DNA of 64,000 bases from Nocardioides furvisabuli. Its GTDB lineage: Bacteria; Actinomycetota; Actinomycetes; Propionibacteriales; Nocardioidaceae. The stretch is from NCBI GenBank assembly GCA_964021995.1, contig CAXHZJ010000013.1, positions 52,182 through 116,181 of the forward strand, read 5' to 3'. The first letter of the stretch is position 1, and every line of letters starts with the position of its first letter. Under the pieces are notes generated by a model, which did not search any database, was not told where the DNA came from, and saw nothing but the letters and a program-made list of their open reading frames with translations. The translations under genes were made by a program, and so were the position numbers. This document shows positions 33,425-42,322 of the stretch, in pieces.

Positions 33425-34207
33425 ATGACGACGTCGTGCGTGGTGACGGGTGGGGCCCGCGGGATCGGGCGAGGGATCGCGGAGCTGATGGTGGCGCGCG
33501 GGCACCGGGTCGTGGTCGGTGACCTCGACGCAGAGGCCGCTGCTGCGACGGCCGAGGAGATCGGTGCCGCCGCGGGCGTCGCGATGGACGTACGCGACCC
33601 GGACGCGCACCGCGCTGTCGCCGCCGAGGCGGCCGGGCACGGGCTGCTCGTGGCGTGGTTCAACAACGCCGGCGTCGGCGACGACGGCACGCTCGCCTCG
33701 CTCTCCGACGACCAGGTCCGCCGGCTCGTCGAGGTCAACCTGCTCGGCGCCATGTGGGGCTGCCGTGCCGCGATGGCGGCCTTCGGCCCGGGTGGGGGAG
33801 ACGTGGTCAACGTCGCCTCGCTGGCCGGGCTCGGCCCGGTTCCCGGCTACAGCGCGTACGCCGCCGCGAAGGCCGCGGTCGTCTCGCTGTCGGCGTCGGT
33901 CAACGCGGAGTCGCCGCGCGGGGTGCGGGTGCACGCGCTGTGCCCCGACGGCGTCGACACCGCGATGCTGGCCGCGCAGGACCCCACGGGCATGGGCTCG
34001 CAGCTGACGCACTCGGGCGGGCGGATCCTCGGCGTGGCCGAGGTGGCCGAGGCCGCCGTCGCCCTCGTGGGGTCGCGACGCGTGGTCCGTACGCTGCCCG
34101 GCTGGCGCGCGGGCGTGATGCGCGGCGCCATGCTCAGCCCGGCGTCCGCCCAGCACGCCGCGGTGCTGTTCGCGGCGCAGGGCCGGCGGGCCATGAAGAA
34201 GCGCTGA
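33425..34207 (+). CDS. SDR family oxidoreductase
   Basis: TGGARGIG, NNAG, NVAS and YAAAK. Confidence 0.88.
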   Translation: MTTSCVVTGGARGIGRGIAELMVARGHRVVVGDLDAEAAAATAEEIGAAAGVAMDVRDPDAHRAVAAEAAGHGLLVAWFNNAGVGDDGTLASLSDDQVRRLVEVNLLGAMWGCRAAMAAFGPGGGDVVNVASLAGLGPVPGYSAYAAAKAAVVSLSASVNAESPRGVRVHALCPDGVDTAMLAAQDPTGMGSQLTHSGGRILGVAEVAEAAVALVGSRRVVRTLPGWRAGVMRGAMLSPASAQHAAVLFAAQGRRAMKKR

Positions 34208-34228
34208 CCCGCCGCCGGTCGTGCCTGC

Positions 34229-35437
34229 TCAGGGCAGGCGCACCTGGCCGTGCTTCATCTTCCAGAGGAAGTACTTCTCGAAGCCGAGCTTCATCGCGTG
34301 GGCCTGCGGGCCGGGGATCAGCACGCCGTGCTTGCGCGGCGGCAGCATCTTGTCGGCCAGGATGATGACGCCGTTGTTGCCGGCGTCCATCACGCACACC
34401 GCCGGGATGTCGCCGAAGGCCTTGTGCGCGCTCGGCACCTCGCCGCGGACCTGGGCGGCGATGTTGCTCGCCGCGACGTGGGCCTGCTGCTCGGTGGGGA
34501 AGCCCGTCTTGGGGATGCCGACCGGGTGCGGGGTCTGCCACGGCACGTCGACCGCGGCGGCGACGCCGACGGCGTACACGTCGTCGTAGGTCTCGCTCTG
34601 GTAGGTGTCGCGGACCTTGACGAAGCCGTTGTCGTCGGCGATCTTCTCGGTCCGCCCGACGACCTCCTGGCCGGAGAACGGCGGGATGATCATCGCGTAG
34701 GAGAAGTCGAGGCCGCGGCCGTCCTCGAGCACCAGCCGGCCCTCGGCGACGTGGTCCATGCCGGTGTCGAGGACGGTGTCGATGCCCTCCTTCTTGAGGA
34801 ACATCCCCAGCAGCGTCTCGCCGTGGGGGAGCCCGCCGATGCCGAAGTGGCCGAGGAACGGCTCGGCGCTGACGTAGGTCAGCCTCACCTTGTCCTTGAG
34901 CCCGTGCTTCCGCAGCTGGTAGCTGGTGTTGAAGAGGAACTCGTACGCCGCGCCGAAGCACCCGGCGCCCTGGGTGGCGCCGATGACGACGTCGCCGGGG
35001 TCGGCCAGGAACCGCTTCCAGCCCTCGCCGGCGTGGATCGCGTCGTCCATCGTGGTGATCGTGTGGGCGTTGCCGCCCTCACCGAGGCCGGGGATGACGT
35101 CGAAGCGGTTGCGGTAGCCGGTGGCGATGACGAGGTAGTCGTAGTCCTGCGGGCCCGCGGTGGTCTCGACGCGCTTCGCGACCGGGTCGATGGCGGTGGC
35201 CTCGGCGTGGACGAAGTCGACCTTGTGGTCCTCGAACGTCGGCGCGAGCTTGAAGGTGATGTCGGAGCGCGTGCGCTTGCCGAAGGGCACCCAGATCAGC
35301 GACGGGGTGAAGAGGAACTCGTCGGAGGAGGACACGACCGTCACGTCGACGTCCCCGTGCAGCTGGTGCTTGACGGTGACGGCGGCGGTGAGGCCGCCGA
35401 AGTTGCCGCCGAGGACCAGGACCTTCTTGCGGGACAT
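34229..35437 (-). CDS. sqr: Sulfide:quinone oxidoreductase-like flavoprotein
   Basis: GGNFGG FAD site, both redox Cys (GCFGAAYEF, AVCVMDAG), PKTG and C-terminal KLGFEKYFLWKMK. Confidence 0.75.
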   Translation of the reverse strand: MSRKKVLVLGGNFGGLTAAVTVKHQLHGDVDVTVVSSSDEFLFTPSLIWVPFGKRTRSDITFKLAPTFEDHKVDFVHAEATAIDPVAKRVETTAGPQDYDYLVIATGYRNRFDVIPGLGEGGNAHTITTMDDAIHAGEGWKRFLADPGDVVIGATQGAGCFGAAYEFLFNTSYQLRKHGLKDKVRLTYVSAEPFLGHFGIGGLPHGETLLGMFLKKEGIDTVLDTGMDHVAEGRLVLEDGRGLDFSYAMIIPPFSGQEVVGRTEKIADDNGFVKVRDTYQSETYDDVYAVGVAAAVDVPWQTPHPVGIPKTGFPTEQQAHVAASNIAAQVRGEVPSAHKAFGDIPAVCVMDAGNNGVIILADKMLPPRKHGVLIPGPQAHAMKLGFEKYFLWKMKHGQVRLP

Positions 35438-35531
35438 GGCGCGCTCCTTCTCAGTCGGTGTACCTCCACGCTCCCGCCCGGCGGCCCTCGGGAACAGGTC
35501 CGTTGGTCCCGCGCCGGGGGTCCTGAGGGCC

Positions 35532-35615
35532 TCGAACAAATGTTCGTCCGGGTGCTTGACCTGTTCGAACAGGTGCTCTACCGTCGTACACATGTTCGAT
35601 CGAACGTCTGATCGA
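35532..35615. promoter_or_regulatory. Cluster of SOS boxes overlapping a sigma-70-type promoter for the LysM gene
   Basis: TCGAAC-AAAT-GTTCGT (35532), TCGTAC-ACAT-GTTCGA (35584), TCGAAC-GTCT-GATCGA (35600); TTGACC (35556)-N17-TACCGT (35579). Confidence 0.85.
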
Positions 35616-35704
35616 CACCACGGCGGCTCCAGGGCCACTGTCGGTGGGTCCCACTAGACATTCGCTCGACACCAACCGGCTGATCTTCCCCAGGAGGCCA
35701 CACC

Positions 35705-36055
35705 ATGAGCACCCTCAGCCTTGCCCCCAGCTTCACCACTTCCGCCCCCGTCCGTTCGACGGTGCGCCTGACCCGTCGCGGTCGCCTCGTGGTCTTCGTG
35801 ACCTCGCTGTTCCTCGTCCTGGCCGTCGCGTTCATGCTGGCGGGCGGTGCCGTCGGCACCGGCTCGGCCGGTGAGCCCACGCCCACCGAGATCGTCCAGG
35901 TCGCCCCCGGCGACACCCTGTGGGGGATCGCCAGCGAGGTCGCTACCGACGGCGACGTCCGGTCGATGATGACCGAGATCGAGCGCCTCAACGCGCTCGA
36001 GTCCGCCAGCCTCTCGGCTGGCCAGAAGCTCCGCGTCCCGGTCGTCTCCGACTGA
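35705..36055 (+). CDS. LysM-domain membrane protein (YneA/ChiZ-like SOS cell-division inhibitor)
   Basis: VRLTRRGR, transmembrane helix, LysM VAPGDTLWGIA...GQKLRVP; preceded by SOS boxes. Confidence 0.85.
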   Translation: MSTLSLAPSFTTSAPVRSTVRLTRRGRLVVFVTSLFLVLAVAFMLAGGAVGTGSAGEPTPTEIVQVAPGDTLWGIASEVATDGDVRSMMTEIERLNALESASLSAGQKLRVPVVSD

Positions 36056-36108
36056 CGCGTGAGGCCTCCATCAGCCGCTTCGACCCCGGCTGGTGGAACA
36101 AGGGGAAG

Positions 36109-36142
36109 GCCGAGGGGCGGGCCTGGTGGCCCGCCCCTCGGC
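36109..36142 (+). terminator. Intrinsic terminator after the LysM gene
   Basis: 15-bp perfect stem GCCGAGGGGCGGGCC / GGCCCGCCCCTCGGC followed by a T-rich tract. Confidence 0.75.
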
Positions 36143-36189
36143 GTCATTTCTTGAGTCTTGTTGTCTGCCGGCCGAGCCTCCCTCCTCGT

Positions 36190-36276
36190 CGTCGGGATCC
36201 CCGGCTACCCGGTGACTCCAACCGTTGTGCGGTCGCTGTGGTGCGGGATCCGCACCACGGTGACCGCACAAGCGTT
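36190..36276 (+). repeat. Palindromic REP-like repeat, copy C
   Basis: CGTCGGGATCCCCGGCTACCCGGTGA flank plus the same nested hairpin as copies A and B. Confidence 0.85.
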
Positions 36277-36376
36277 GGTCGGTGCCTCTCCACAGATCTG
36301 CGGGCGGGGGTGGTTCGACGAGCGCTGAACTGGGTAGTTTCCCGAGTGCTGACGTAGTTCTCGGGAAGGCTCCTTC

Positions 36377-36898
36377 ATGCACGTACGCCGCGCTCTCGCG
36401 CTCACCGCCGTCGTACCCCTCCTCCTGGCGGGCTGCTCGGACGACCCCGAGCCCCAGCCCAAGATGCCGGACCCGCCGCCGTCCTCGTCCCCGACGCCCA
36501 CTGCGTCGGAGACGGTGGAGGCGGAGAGTGCGGAGGAGTTCATCCGGCGGTGGGTGGAGGTCAACACCGAGATGCAGAACACGGGACAGGTCGACGAGTA
36601 CTCCGAACTGTCGAGGCCCTGCAAGCCCTGCATCCAAACGGCGAAAAGGATCGAGCGCATCTACGCCGATGGAGGCTTCGTTCGGACTGATGGCTGGATA
36701 GTGAAGGACGTCGTCGATAGGTCTGGCGGGTCTGGCGTGCCAGTGCTGGACCTCCGAATCGAGTCCTCGCCGACCGAATTCAAAGAGCGAGCCGATGCCG
36801 AAACGGAATCGCTGCCAGGTGGCGACATCGTGATGCGCGTACGCCTCTCGTCATCGCGACCGTGGTCGGTCACTCGATTGACGCAGGTGCCGTCCTGA
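36377..36898 (+). CDS. Lipoprotein (DUF6318-like)
   Basis: Lipobox LLAGC, Pro-rich linker, AEEFIRRW...C..C pattern; family name recalled, not searched. Confidence 0.6.
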   Translation: MHVRRALALTAVVPLLLAGCSDDPEPQPKMPDPPPSSSPTPTASETVEAESAEEFIRRWVEVNTEMQNTGQVDEYSELSRPCKPCIQTAKRIERIYADGGFVRTDGWIVKDVVDRSGGSGVPVLDLRIESSPTEFKERADAETESLPGGDIVMRVRLSSSRPWSVTRLTQVPS

Positions 36899-37722
36899 TG
36901 CTGAGGGCCGCCAGCCTGGGCCGGCCGGGGTTCAGCATCGTGGTGATGTTCGCGATCATCGGTGTTCTGCAGTCGCCAGCGGCCAGCGATGAGCCAAGCA
37001 AGAAGTGTTACGAGATGGTGGACTTGAACGTCGTCGAGGTGAAGTGCGAACACTCGGTTGAAACGATCAGGGCCGCGCAGGCGGCAGATCCGCAATCGAA
37101 GTGGACCGTCAGGCAGCTATGCAAAGACGGCACCTCGGGCGAAACGGAAGTTTGCTCCAATCCGCGAGCTTGCACGGTCGACGGCAAGGTCGGGACCCTC
37201 TACGGCGTCTACCGAAATGGGACTCGGGAAGGGATCGCGTGCCTGACAGCATTCGAAGCGGCGGAGGTGGACCAGCCGCCGATTCGCACATTGGTCATCG
37301 AGGCGTTTGAGCGCTTGAGCTGGCCCGCCTCGACCATGGTCGTCCAGCCGCCCAACGGTAAGACGTTGGTCAACCTCGAAACAAACTTCTACACGAGCAA
37401 CTCAAATGTTGCGTCGATCCCGGTGGACCTCCTCGGGGCCAATGTCGTGGTCAGCGCCCGACCCATTGCCTACCGCTGGAACTTCGGCGACGGCACGTCG
37501 ACGGTCACCGAGACGCCGGGTGCGCCGTACCCGTCCCTGGACGTCTCGCACGTCTACGACCAGGCCGACATGGTCGCGGTCAGCGTGGACACGCAGTACG
37601 GCGATGCGAGCTTCACGGTCAACGGCGGTCCGCCCGAGGCCATCCCGTCCACCATCTGGGTCGCCGGCGCCACCCAGGACCTCGAGGTTGTCGAGGCCGT
37701 CCCTCAGCTCGTACTCCAGTAG
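36898..37722 (+). CDS. Secreted Cys-rich protein with PKD-like C-terminal domain
   Basis: QPPNGKTLVNLET and YRWNFGDG...HVY; TGATG overlap with the lipoprotein gene. Confidence 0.6.
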   Translation: MLRAASLGRPGFSIVVMFAIIGVLQSPAASDEPSKKCYEMVDLNVVEVKCEHSVETIRAAQAADPQSKWTVRQLCKDGTSGETEVCSNPRACTVDGKVGTLYGVYRNGTREGIACLTAFEAAEVDQPPIRTLVIEAFERLSWPASTMVVQPPNGKTLVNLETNFYTSNSNVASIPVDLLGANVVVSARPIAYRWNFGDGTSTVTETPGAPYPSLDVSHVYDQADMVAVSVDTQYGDASFTVNGGPPEAIPSTIWVAGATQDLEVVEAVPQLVLQ

Positions 37723-37769
37723 TGCGGTCACCGTGGTGCGGATCCCGCACCACTGACACCGCACAAGGC
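37722..37769 (+). repeat. Palindromic REP-like repeat, copy D (core hairpin only)
   Basis: GTGCGGTCACCGTGGTGCGGATCCCGCACCACTGACACCGCACAAGGC; ends like copy A. Confidence 0.85.
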
Positions 37770-38114
37770 TCAGCGCGCCGCGCGCTTCCCGCCCACGGGC
37801 CGGGGAGGCGCGTCGTCGGAGGGGGGAGGGGCGGTGATCCCGAGCGCGCGCATCAACCGCGCGACCAGGAGCAGGCCGGCGAAGAGGCAGGCCATCGCGC
37901 CGAGGCAGGCCAGCGCCATGAAGGCCCAGGCCGAGGTGCCGGAGCCCCCGCGCGCCGCCGTACCGAAGTCGATGGCGGCGTAGACGAGGTAGCCCCAGGC
38001 CACGACGCAGAGCGTGATCGCGGCGCCGATGAGGAGCGCGGAGCGGTTGAGGGTGCGGGGCTGGGGAGCACCCTTGCGCGACCCCGCCCGCTTCCCCGTA
38101 GACACGAGGGCCAT
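37770..38114 (-). CDS. Small membrane protein with two transmembrane helices
   Basis: Hydrophobic segments LLIGAAITLCVVAWGYLV and WAFMALACLGAMACLFAGLLLV. Confidence 0.6.
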   Translation of the reverse strand: MALVSTGKRAGSRKGAPQPRTLNRSALLIGAAITLCVVAWGYLVYAAIDFGTAARGGSGTSAWAFMALACLGAMACLFAGLLLVARLMRALGITAPPPSDDAPPRPVGGKRAAR

Positions 38115-38273
38115 TGTGTCCGATGCGGCCTCATCGTGTGACCGGAACACCCCACAGACGCGCCGGTCCGGAGAGCCGAAGGCACCCATAACCGCAGGTC
38201 AGGGCGGTGCGCAGAAATTGATGCGCGGACTTCACGAGTTCACTTGCCAGCGTGGTGGGCGGGGCGTACGGTT

Positions 38274-38320
38274 ACCACTACATCTAGTAGTTACACCGCT
38301 GTAGTTATCCACATCTGGTG
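38274..38320. promoter_or_regulatory. Tandem NrdR boxes
   Basis: ACCACTACATCTAGTA and TTATCCACATCTGGTG with CATCT cores 31 bp apart, upstream of nrdR-nrdJ. Confidence 0.7.
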
Positions 38321-38440
38321 CACAGGCCAGGGGGAGATCCTCACAGTCTCAGGCTAGTTGTCCACAGGAACATCCCCAGACCACACCCCGTTATGAGGGT
38401 GTACGAGCCGCGCGCTGACGTACCCGAGAGGAGGGCCGCC

Positions 38441-38917
38441 ATGCACTGTCCCTACTGCAAGAACGAGGACACCAAGGTCCTCGACTCCCGGGTCGCCGAC
38501 GACGGCGGCTCCATCCGTCGGCGCCGCAGCTGCGCCGCGTGCGACCGCCGCTTCACGACGGTCGAGAAGATGCAGCTCACGGTGCTCAAGCGCTCCGGCG
38601 CGACCGAGCCGTTCAACCGCGACAAGGCGATCGCCGGCGTCCGCAAGGCCTGCAAGGGCCGCCCGGTCACCGACGCCCAGCTCGCCTGCCTCGGCCAGGA
38701 GGTCGAGGACGCACTGCGCCTGAGCGGTCAGGCCGAGTTCGACGCCAACGACGTCGGCCTCGCGATCCTCAGCCCGCTGCGAGCGCTCGACGAGGTGGCC
38801 TACCTCCGGTTCGCCTCCGTCTACCGCGCGTTCGAGTCCGCCGAGGACTTCGACGCCGAGATCAAGATGCTCCGGCTCGAACGAGCCGCTGCCGATCAGC
38901 CCGCCACGACGGGCTGA
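38441..38917 (+). CDS. nrdR: Transcriptional repressor NrdR
   Basis: MHCPYC..VLDSR...IRRRRSC..C..RFTT, ATP-cone, and YLRFASVY. Confidence 0.97.
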   Translation: MHCPYCKNEDTKVLDSRVADDGGSIRRRRSCAACDRRFTTVEKMQLTVLKRSGATEPFNRDKAIAGVRKACKGRPVTDAQLACLGQEVEDALRLSGQAEFDANDVGLAILSPLRALDEVAYLRFASVYRAFESAEDFDAEIKMLRLERAAADQPATTG

Positions 38918-39039
38918 CCACATTCGGCCCGGCAGGTCGTGGGGAAGCGGCCTGCCGGGCTCACCAACTCTGAAACAAGCTCCGCGGGCGAGGTCCGCAG
39001 ACCAGCACCACAACCACCACCAGGGATAGAGGAAGTCGT

Positions 39040-41928
39040 ATGACCGAGACGGTGAGCACCCGCGCCAAGGGAGCCAAGGGCAAGGGCCTGACCATGGAGC
39101 GCGTCTTCAGCACCGAGGGCACGCACCCCTACGACGCGATCACCTGGGAGCGCCGCGACGTCGTCCAGCAGAACTGGAAGACCGGCGAGACCGTCTTCGA
39201 GCAGCGCGGTGTCGAGTACCCCGACTTCTGGTCGGTCAACGCCTCCACCATCGTCACGACGAAGTACTTCCGCGGCGCCGTCGGCACCGACGCCCGCGAG
39301 TGGAGCCTCAAGCAGCTCATCGACCGGATCGTGAAGACGTACACCAAGGCCGGCATCGACCACGGCTACTTCGCTACCGACGCGGACGCCGAGATCTTCG
39401 AGCACGAGCTCACCTGGCTGCTGGTCAACCAGTACTTCTCCTTCAACTCCCCGGTCTGGTTCAACGTCGGCACCGCCTCGCCGCAGCAGGTCAGCGCCTG
39501 CTTCATCCTGAGCGTGGATGACTCGATGGACTCGATCCTGAACTGGTACAAGGAGGAGGGCTTCATCTTCAAGGGCGGCTCCGGCGCCGGCCTCAACCTC
39601 TCCCGCATCCGCTCCTCCAAGGAGCTCCTCTCCTCCGGCGGCACCGCGAGCGGCCCCGTCTCCTTCATGCGCGGCGCTGACGCGTCCGCGGGCACCATCA
39701 AGTCGGGCGGCGCGACGCGTCGTGCGGCCAAGATGGTCGTGCTCGACGTCGACCACCCGGACATCGAGGAGTTCGTGATGACGAAGGCGAAGGAGGAGGA
39801 CAAGATCCGTGCCCTCCGCGACGCCGGGTTCGATATGGACCTCGGTGGCGCCGACATCACGTCCGTCCAGTACCAGAACGCCAACAACTCGGTCCGCGTC
39901 AACGACGAGTTCATGCGCGCCGTCGAGGACGGCACCGAGTTCGGCCTGCGCGCCCGCGGCACCGGCGAGGTCATCGAGACCGTCGACGCCCGCGAGCTGT
40001 TCCGCAAGATCAGCGAGGCCGCCTGGGCCTGCGCCGACCCGGGCCTGCAGTACGACGACACGATCAACGACTGGCACACCAACCCCGAGACCGGCCGCAT
40101 CACCGCGTCCAACCCGTGCTCGGAGTACATGTCGCTCGACAACTCCTCGTGCAACCTGGCGTCGCTCAACCTGCTGAAGTTCCTCAAGGACGACGACACC
40201 TTCGACGCCGCGCTCTTCGCGAAGGCCGTCGAGTTCATCATCACTGCGATGGACATCTCGATCTGCTTCGCCGACTTCCCGACCGAGCCGATCGGCGACA
40301 CCACCCGCGACTACCGCCAGCTCGGCATCGGCTACGCGAACCTCGGCGCGCTGCTGATGGCGATGGGCCTGGGCTACGACTCCGAGGGTGGCCGCTCGAT
40401 GGCTGCCGCGATCACCTCGCTCATGACCGGTACGTCCTACAAGCGCAGCGCCGAGCTCGCCGGCATCGTCGGCCCGTACGCCGGCTACTCCCGCAACGCC
40501 GACGCCCACAAGCGCGTGATGCGCAAGCACCAGGCGGCCAACGACGTCGTACGCGTGCTGCACACCGAGGACGGCCGCACGCACAAGCTGGCCACCAAGG
40601 CGTGGGCCGACGTCATCAAGCTGGGCGAGAAGAACGGCTTCCGCAACGCGCAGGCCTCGGTGCTCGCGCCCACCGGCACCATCGGCTTCATGATGGACTG
40701 CGACACCACCGGCATCGAGCCCGACTTCTCCCTGGTGAAGTTCAAGAAGCTCGTCGGCGGCGGCTCCATGCAGATCGTCAACCAGACGATCCCGCGGGCG
40801 CTGAAGAAGCTCGGCTACCAGCCCGAGCAGGTCGAGGCGATCGTCGCCTACATCGGCGAGCACGGCCACGTCATCGACGCCCCGGGCCTGAAGACCGAGC
40901 ACTACGAGATCTTCGACACCGCCATGGGTGCCCGCGCGCTCAAGCCGATGGGCCACGTGCGGATGATGGCGGCCGCCCAGCCGTTCCTCTCCGGCGCGAT
41001 CTCCAAGACGGTCAACCTGCCCGAGAGCGCCACGGTCGAGGAGATCGAGGACGTCTACATGCAGTCCTGGAAGCTCGGGCTCAAGGCGACCGCGATCTAC
41101 CGCGACAACTGCAAGGTCGGCCAGCCGCTGTCCGACGGTGGCGGCAAGGCCAAGAAGGACGCCGCCGACAAGGCCGCGGCCGACTCGGCCGTCGAGACCA
41201 AGGTCGTGGAGAAGGTCGTCTACGCCCCGGTCCGCAAGCGCCTGCCGAAGTCGCGCGTCTCGCGCACCACGTCGTTCACCGTCGGCGGTGCCGAGGGCTA
41301 CATGACCTCCGGCGCCCACGATGACGGCCAGCTCGGCGAGGTCTTCCTCAAGCTCGGCAAGCAGGGCTCGACCCTGGCCGGCGTGATGGACGCCTTCTCG
41401 ATCGCGGTGTCGATCGGCCTGCAGTACGGCGTCCCGCTGGAGACCTACGTCTCGAAGTTCACCAACCTGCGCTTCGAGCCCGCCGGCCTCACCGACGACC
41501 CGGACGTCCGCATGGCGCAGTCGCTCATGGACTACGTCTGGCGCCGCCTCGCCCTGGACTACCTCACCTTCGAGGAGCGCTCGGCCCTGGGCATCTACTC
41601 CGCCGAGGAGCGCCAGCGCCACCTCGAGACCGGCTCCTACGAGCCGCTCGTGGAGGAGACCGGCAGCGCTGCCGAGCTCGTCGAGCCCGCCTCGGTGGTT
41701 GAGGTGCGAAGCGAAGCGAGCCTCGAAACCTCCGCAGTGGACGCCGACATCGTGGAGGCCAGCGCCAAGCCGGCCCCCGCCGAGGCCAAGACCACCGCAG
41801 AGCTCTTCGAAAAGCTCACCGGCACCGCCGTCGACTCCCCGCTCTGCATGACCTGCGGGACGAAGATGCGCCCGGCCGGCTCGTGCTACGTGTGCGAGGG
41901 CTGCGGGAGCACCAGCGGCTGCAGCTGA
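39040..41928 (+). CDS. nrdJ: Class II (B12-dependent) ribonucleotide reductase
   Basis: FNSPVWFN, SACFI, NPCSEY, CNLASLNL, APTGTI and C-terminal CxxC..CxxCG. Confidence 0.96.
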   Translation: MTETVSTRAKGAKGKGLTMERVFSTEGTHPYDAITWERRDVVQQNWKTGETVFEQRGVEYPDFWSVNASTIVTTKYFRGAVGTDAREWSLKQLIDRIVKTYTKAGIDHGYFATDADAEIFEHELTWLLVNQYFSFNSPVWFNVGTASPQQVSACFILSVDDSMDSILNWYKEEGFIFKGGSGAGLNLSRIRSSKELLSSGGTASGPVSFMRGADASAGTIKSGGATRRAAKMVVLDVDHPDIEEFVMTKAKEEDKIRALRDAGFDMDLGGADITSVQYQNANNSVRVNDEFMRAVEDGTEFGLRARGTGEVIETVDARELFRKISEAAWACADPGLQYDDTINDWHTNPETGRITASNPCSEYMSLDNSSCNLASLNLLKFLKDDDTFDAALFAKAVEFIITAMDISICFADFPTEPIGDTTRDYRQLGIGYANLGALLMAMGLGYDSEGGRSMAAAITSLMTGTSYKRSAELAGIVGPYAGYSRNADAHKRVMRKHQAANDVVRVLHTEDGRTHKLATKAWADVIKLGEKNGFRNAQASVLAPTGTIGFMMDCDTTGIEPDFSLVKFKKLVGGGSMQIVNQTIPRALKKLGYQPEQVEAIVAYIGEHGHVIDAPGLKTEHYEIFDTAMGARALKPMGHVRMMAAAQPFLSGAISKTVNLPESATVEEIEDVYMQSWKLGLKATAIYRDNCKVGQPLSDGGGKAKKDAADKAAADSAVETKVVEKVVYAPVRKRLPKSRVSRTTSFTVGGAEGYMTSGAHDDGQLGEVFLKLGKQGSTLAGVMDAFSIAVSIGLQYGVPLETYVSKFTNLRFEPAGLTDDPDVRMAQSLMDYVWRRLALDYLTFEERSALGIYSAEERQRHLETGSYEPLVEETGSAAELVEPASVVEVRSEASLETSAVDADIVEASAKPAPAEAKTTAELFEKLTGTAVDSPLCMTCGTKMRPAGSCYVCEGCGSTSGCS

Positions 41929-41934
41929 TGTGAA

Positions 41935-41978
41935 CACGCACGAAGGGCCGGGGCGAATGCCCCGGCCCTTCGTGCGTG
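41935..41978. terminator. Strong hairpin after nrdJ; marks the left edge of the island
   Basis: 20-bp perfect stem CACGCACGAAGGGCCGGGGC-GAAT-GCCCCGGCCCTTCGTGCGTG. Confidence 0.8.
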
Positions 41979-42016
41979 GCTGACTGGGACGCCTCGAATG
42001 ACGCGCCCAGCCGCGA

Positions 42017-42034
42017 GAGAACATATATGTTCTC
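42017..42034. promoter_or_regulatory. Perfect 18-bp palindrome, candidate operator
   Basis: GAGAACATATATGTTCTC, about 33 bp upstream of the XRE gene. Confidence 0.5.
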
Positions 42035-42067
42035 GTGACTGATGGGGCGCTCAACAAGGGTTGAGGC

Positions 42068-42322
42068 GTGCCTAACGCCAAGACCGGTTCCCACCGGCCC
42101 CTTCCCGAGTCCGCCGCCAGATCACTAGCGATTGCCCTCCGGTCTCGTCGTGAGGCAGCTGGTCTTACGCAGGAAGACCTGGCCAGCAGTGCACAGGTGT
42201 CGGTCCAGGCAGTGCGTCGGATCGAAGCGGCGACTGCGAACCCCACGCTCGGAACGCTCTATGCCGTAGCCACCGCGCTGGACATCTCCTGGACCGATCT
42301 CGTCATTGAGGTCGGCGACTGA
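42068..42322 (+). CDS. XRE-family helix-turn-helix regulator
   Basis: LRSRREAAGLTQEDLA...VRRIE...NPTLGTL; TGATG overlap with the SRA-HNH gene. Confidence 0.85.
   Translation: MPNAKTGSHRPLPESAARSLAIALRSRREAAGLTQEDLASSAQVSVQAVRRIEAATANPTLGTLYAVATALDISWTDLVIEVGD

Noticed and set aside
38925-38965. Cobalamin riboswitch before the B12-dependent nrdJ
   Set aside because: Only a simple hairpin is present; the conserved B12-box elements and the required length are missing.
42017-42034. SOS box at the island edge
   Set aside because: The GAAC and GTTC half-sites are 6 bp apart, not the 4 bp seen in the real boxes at lexA and the LysM gene.
41979-42067. Integrase, tRNA or att site at the island boundary
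   Set aside because: No tRNA fold, integrase or recognisable direct repeat in the window; the right boundary is outside it.
38896-42246. Long antisense ORFs (also 27557-31057, 13796-16450, 25381-27588 and others)
   Set aside because: They are shadows of real genes on the opposite strand or frame in high-GC DNA and have no recognisable motifs.
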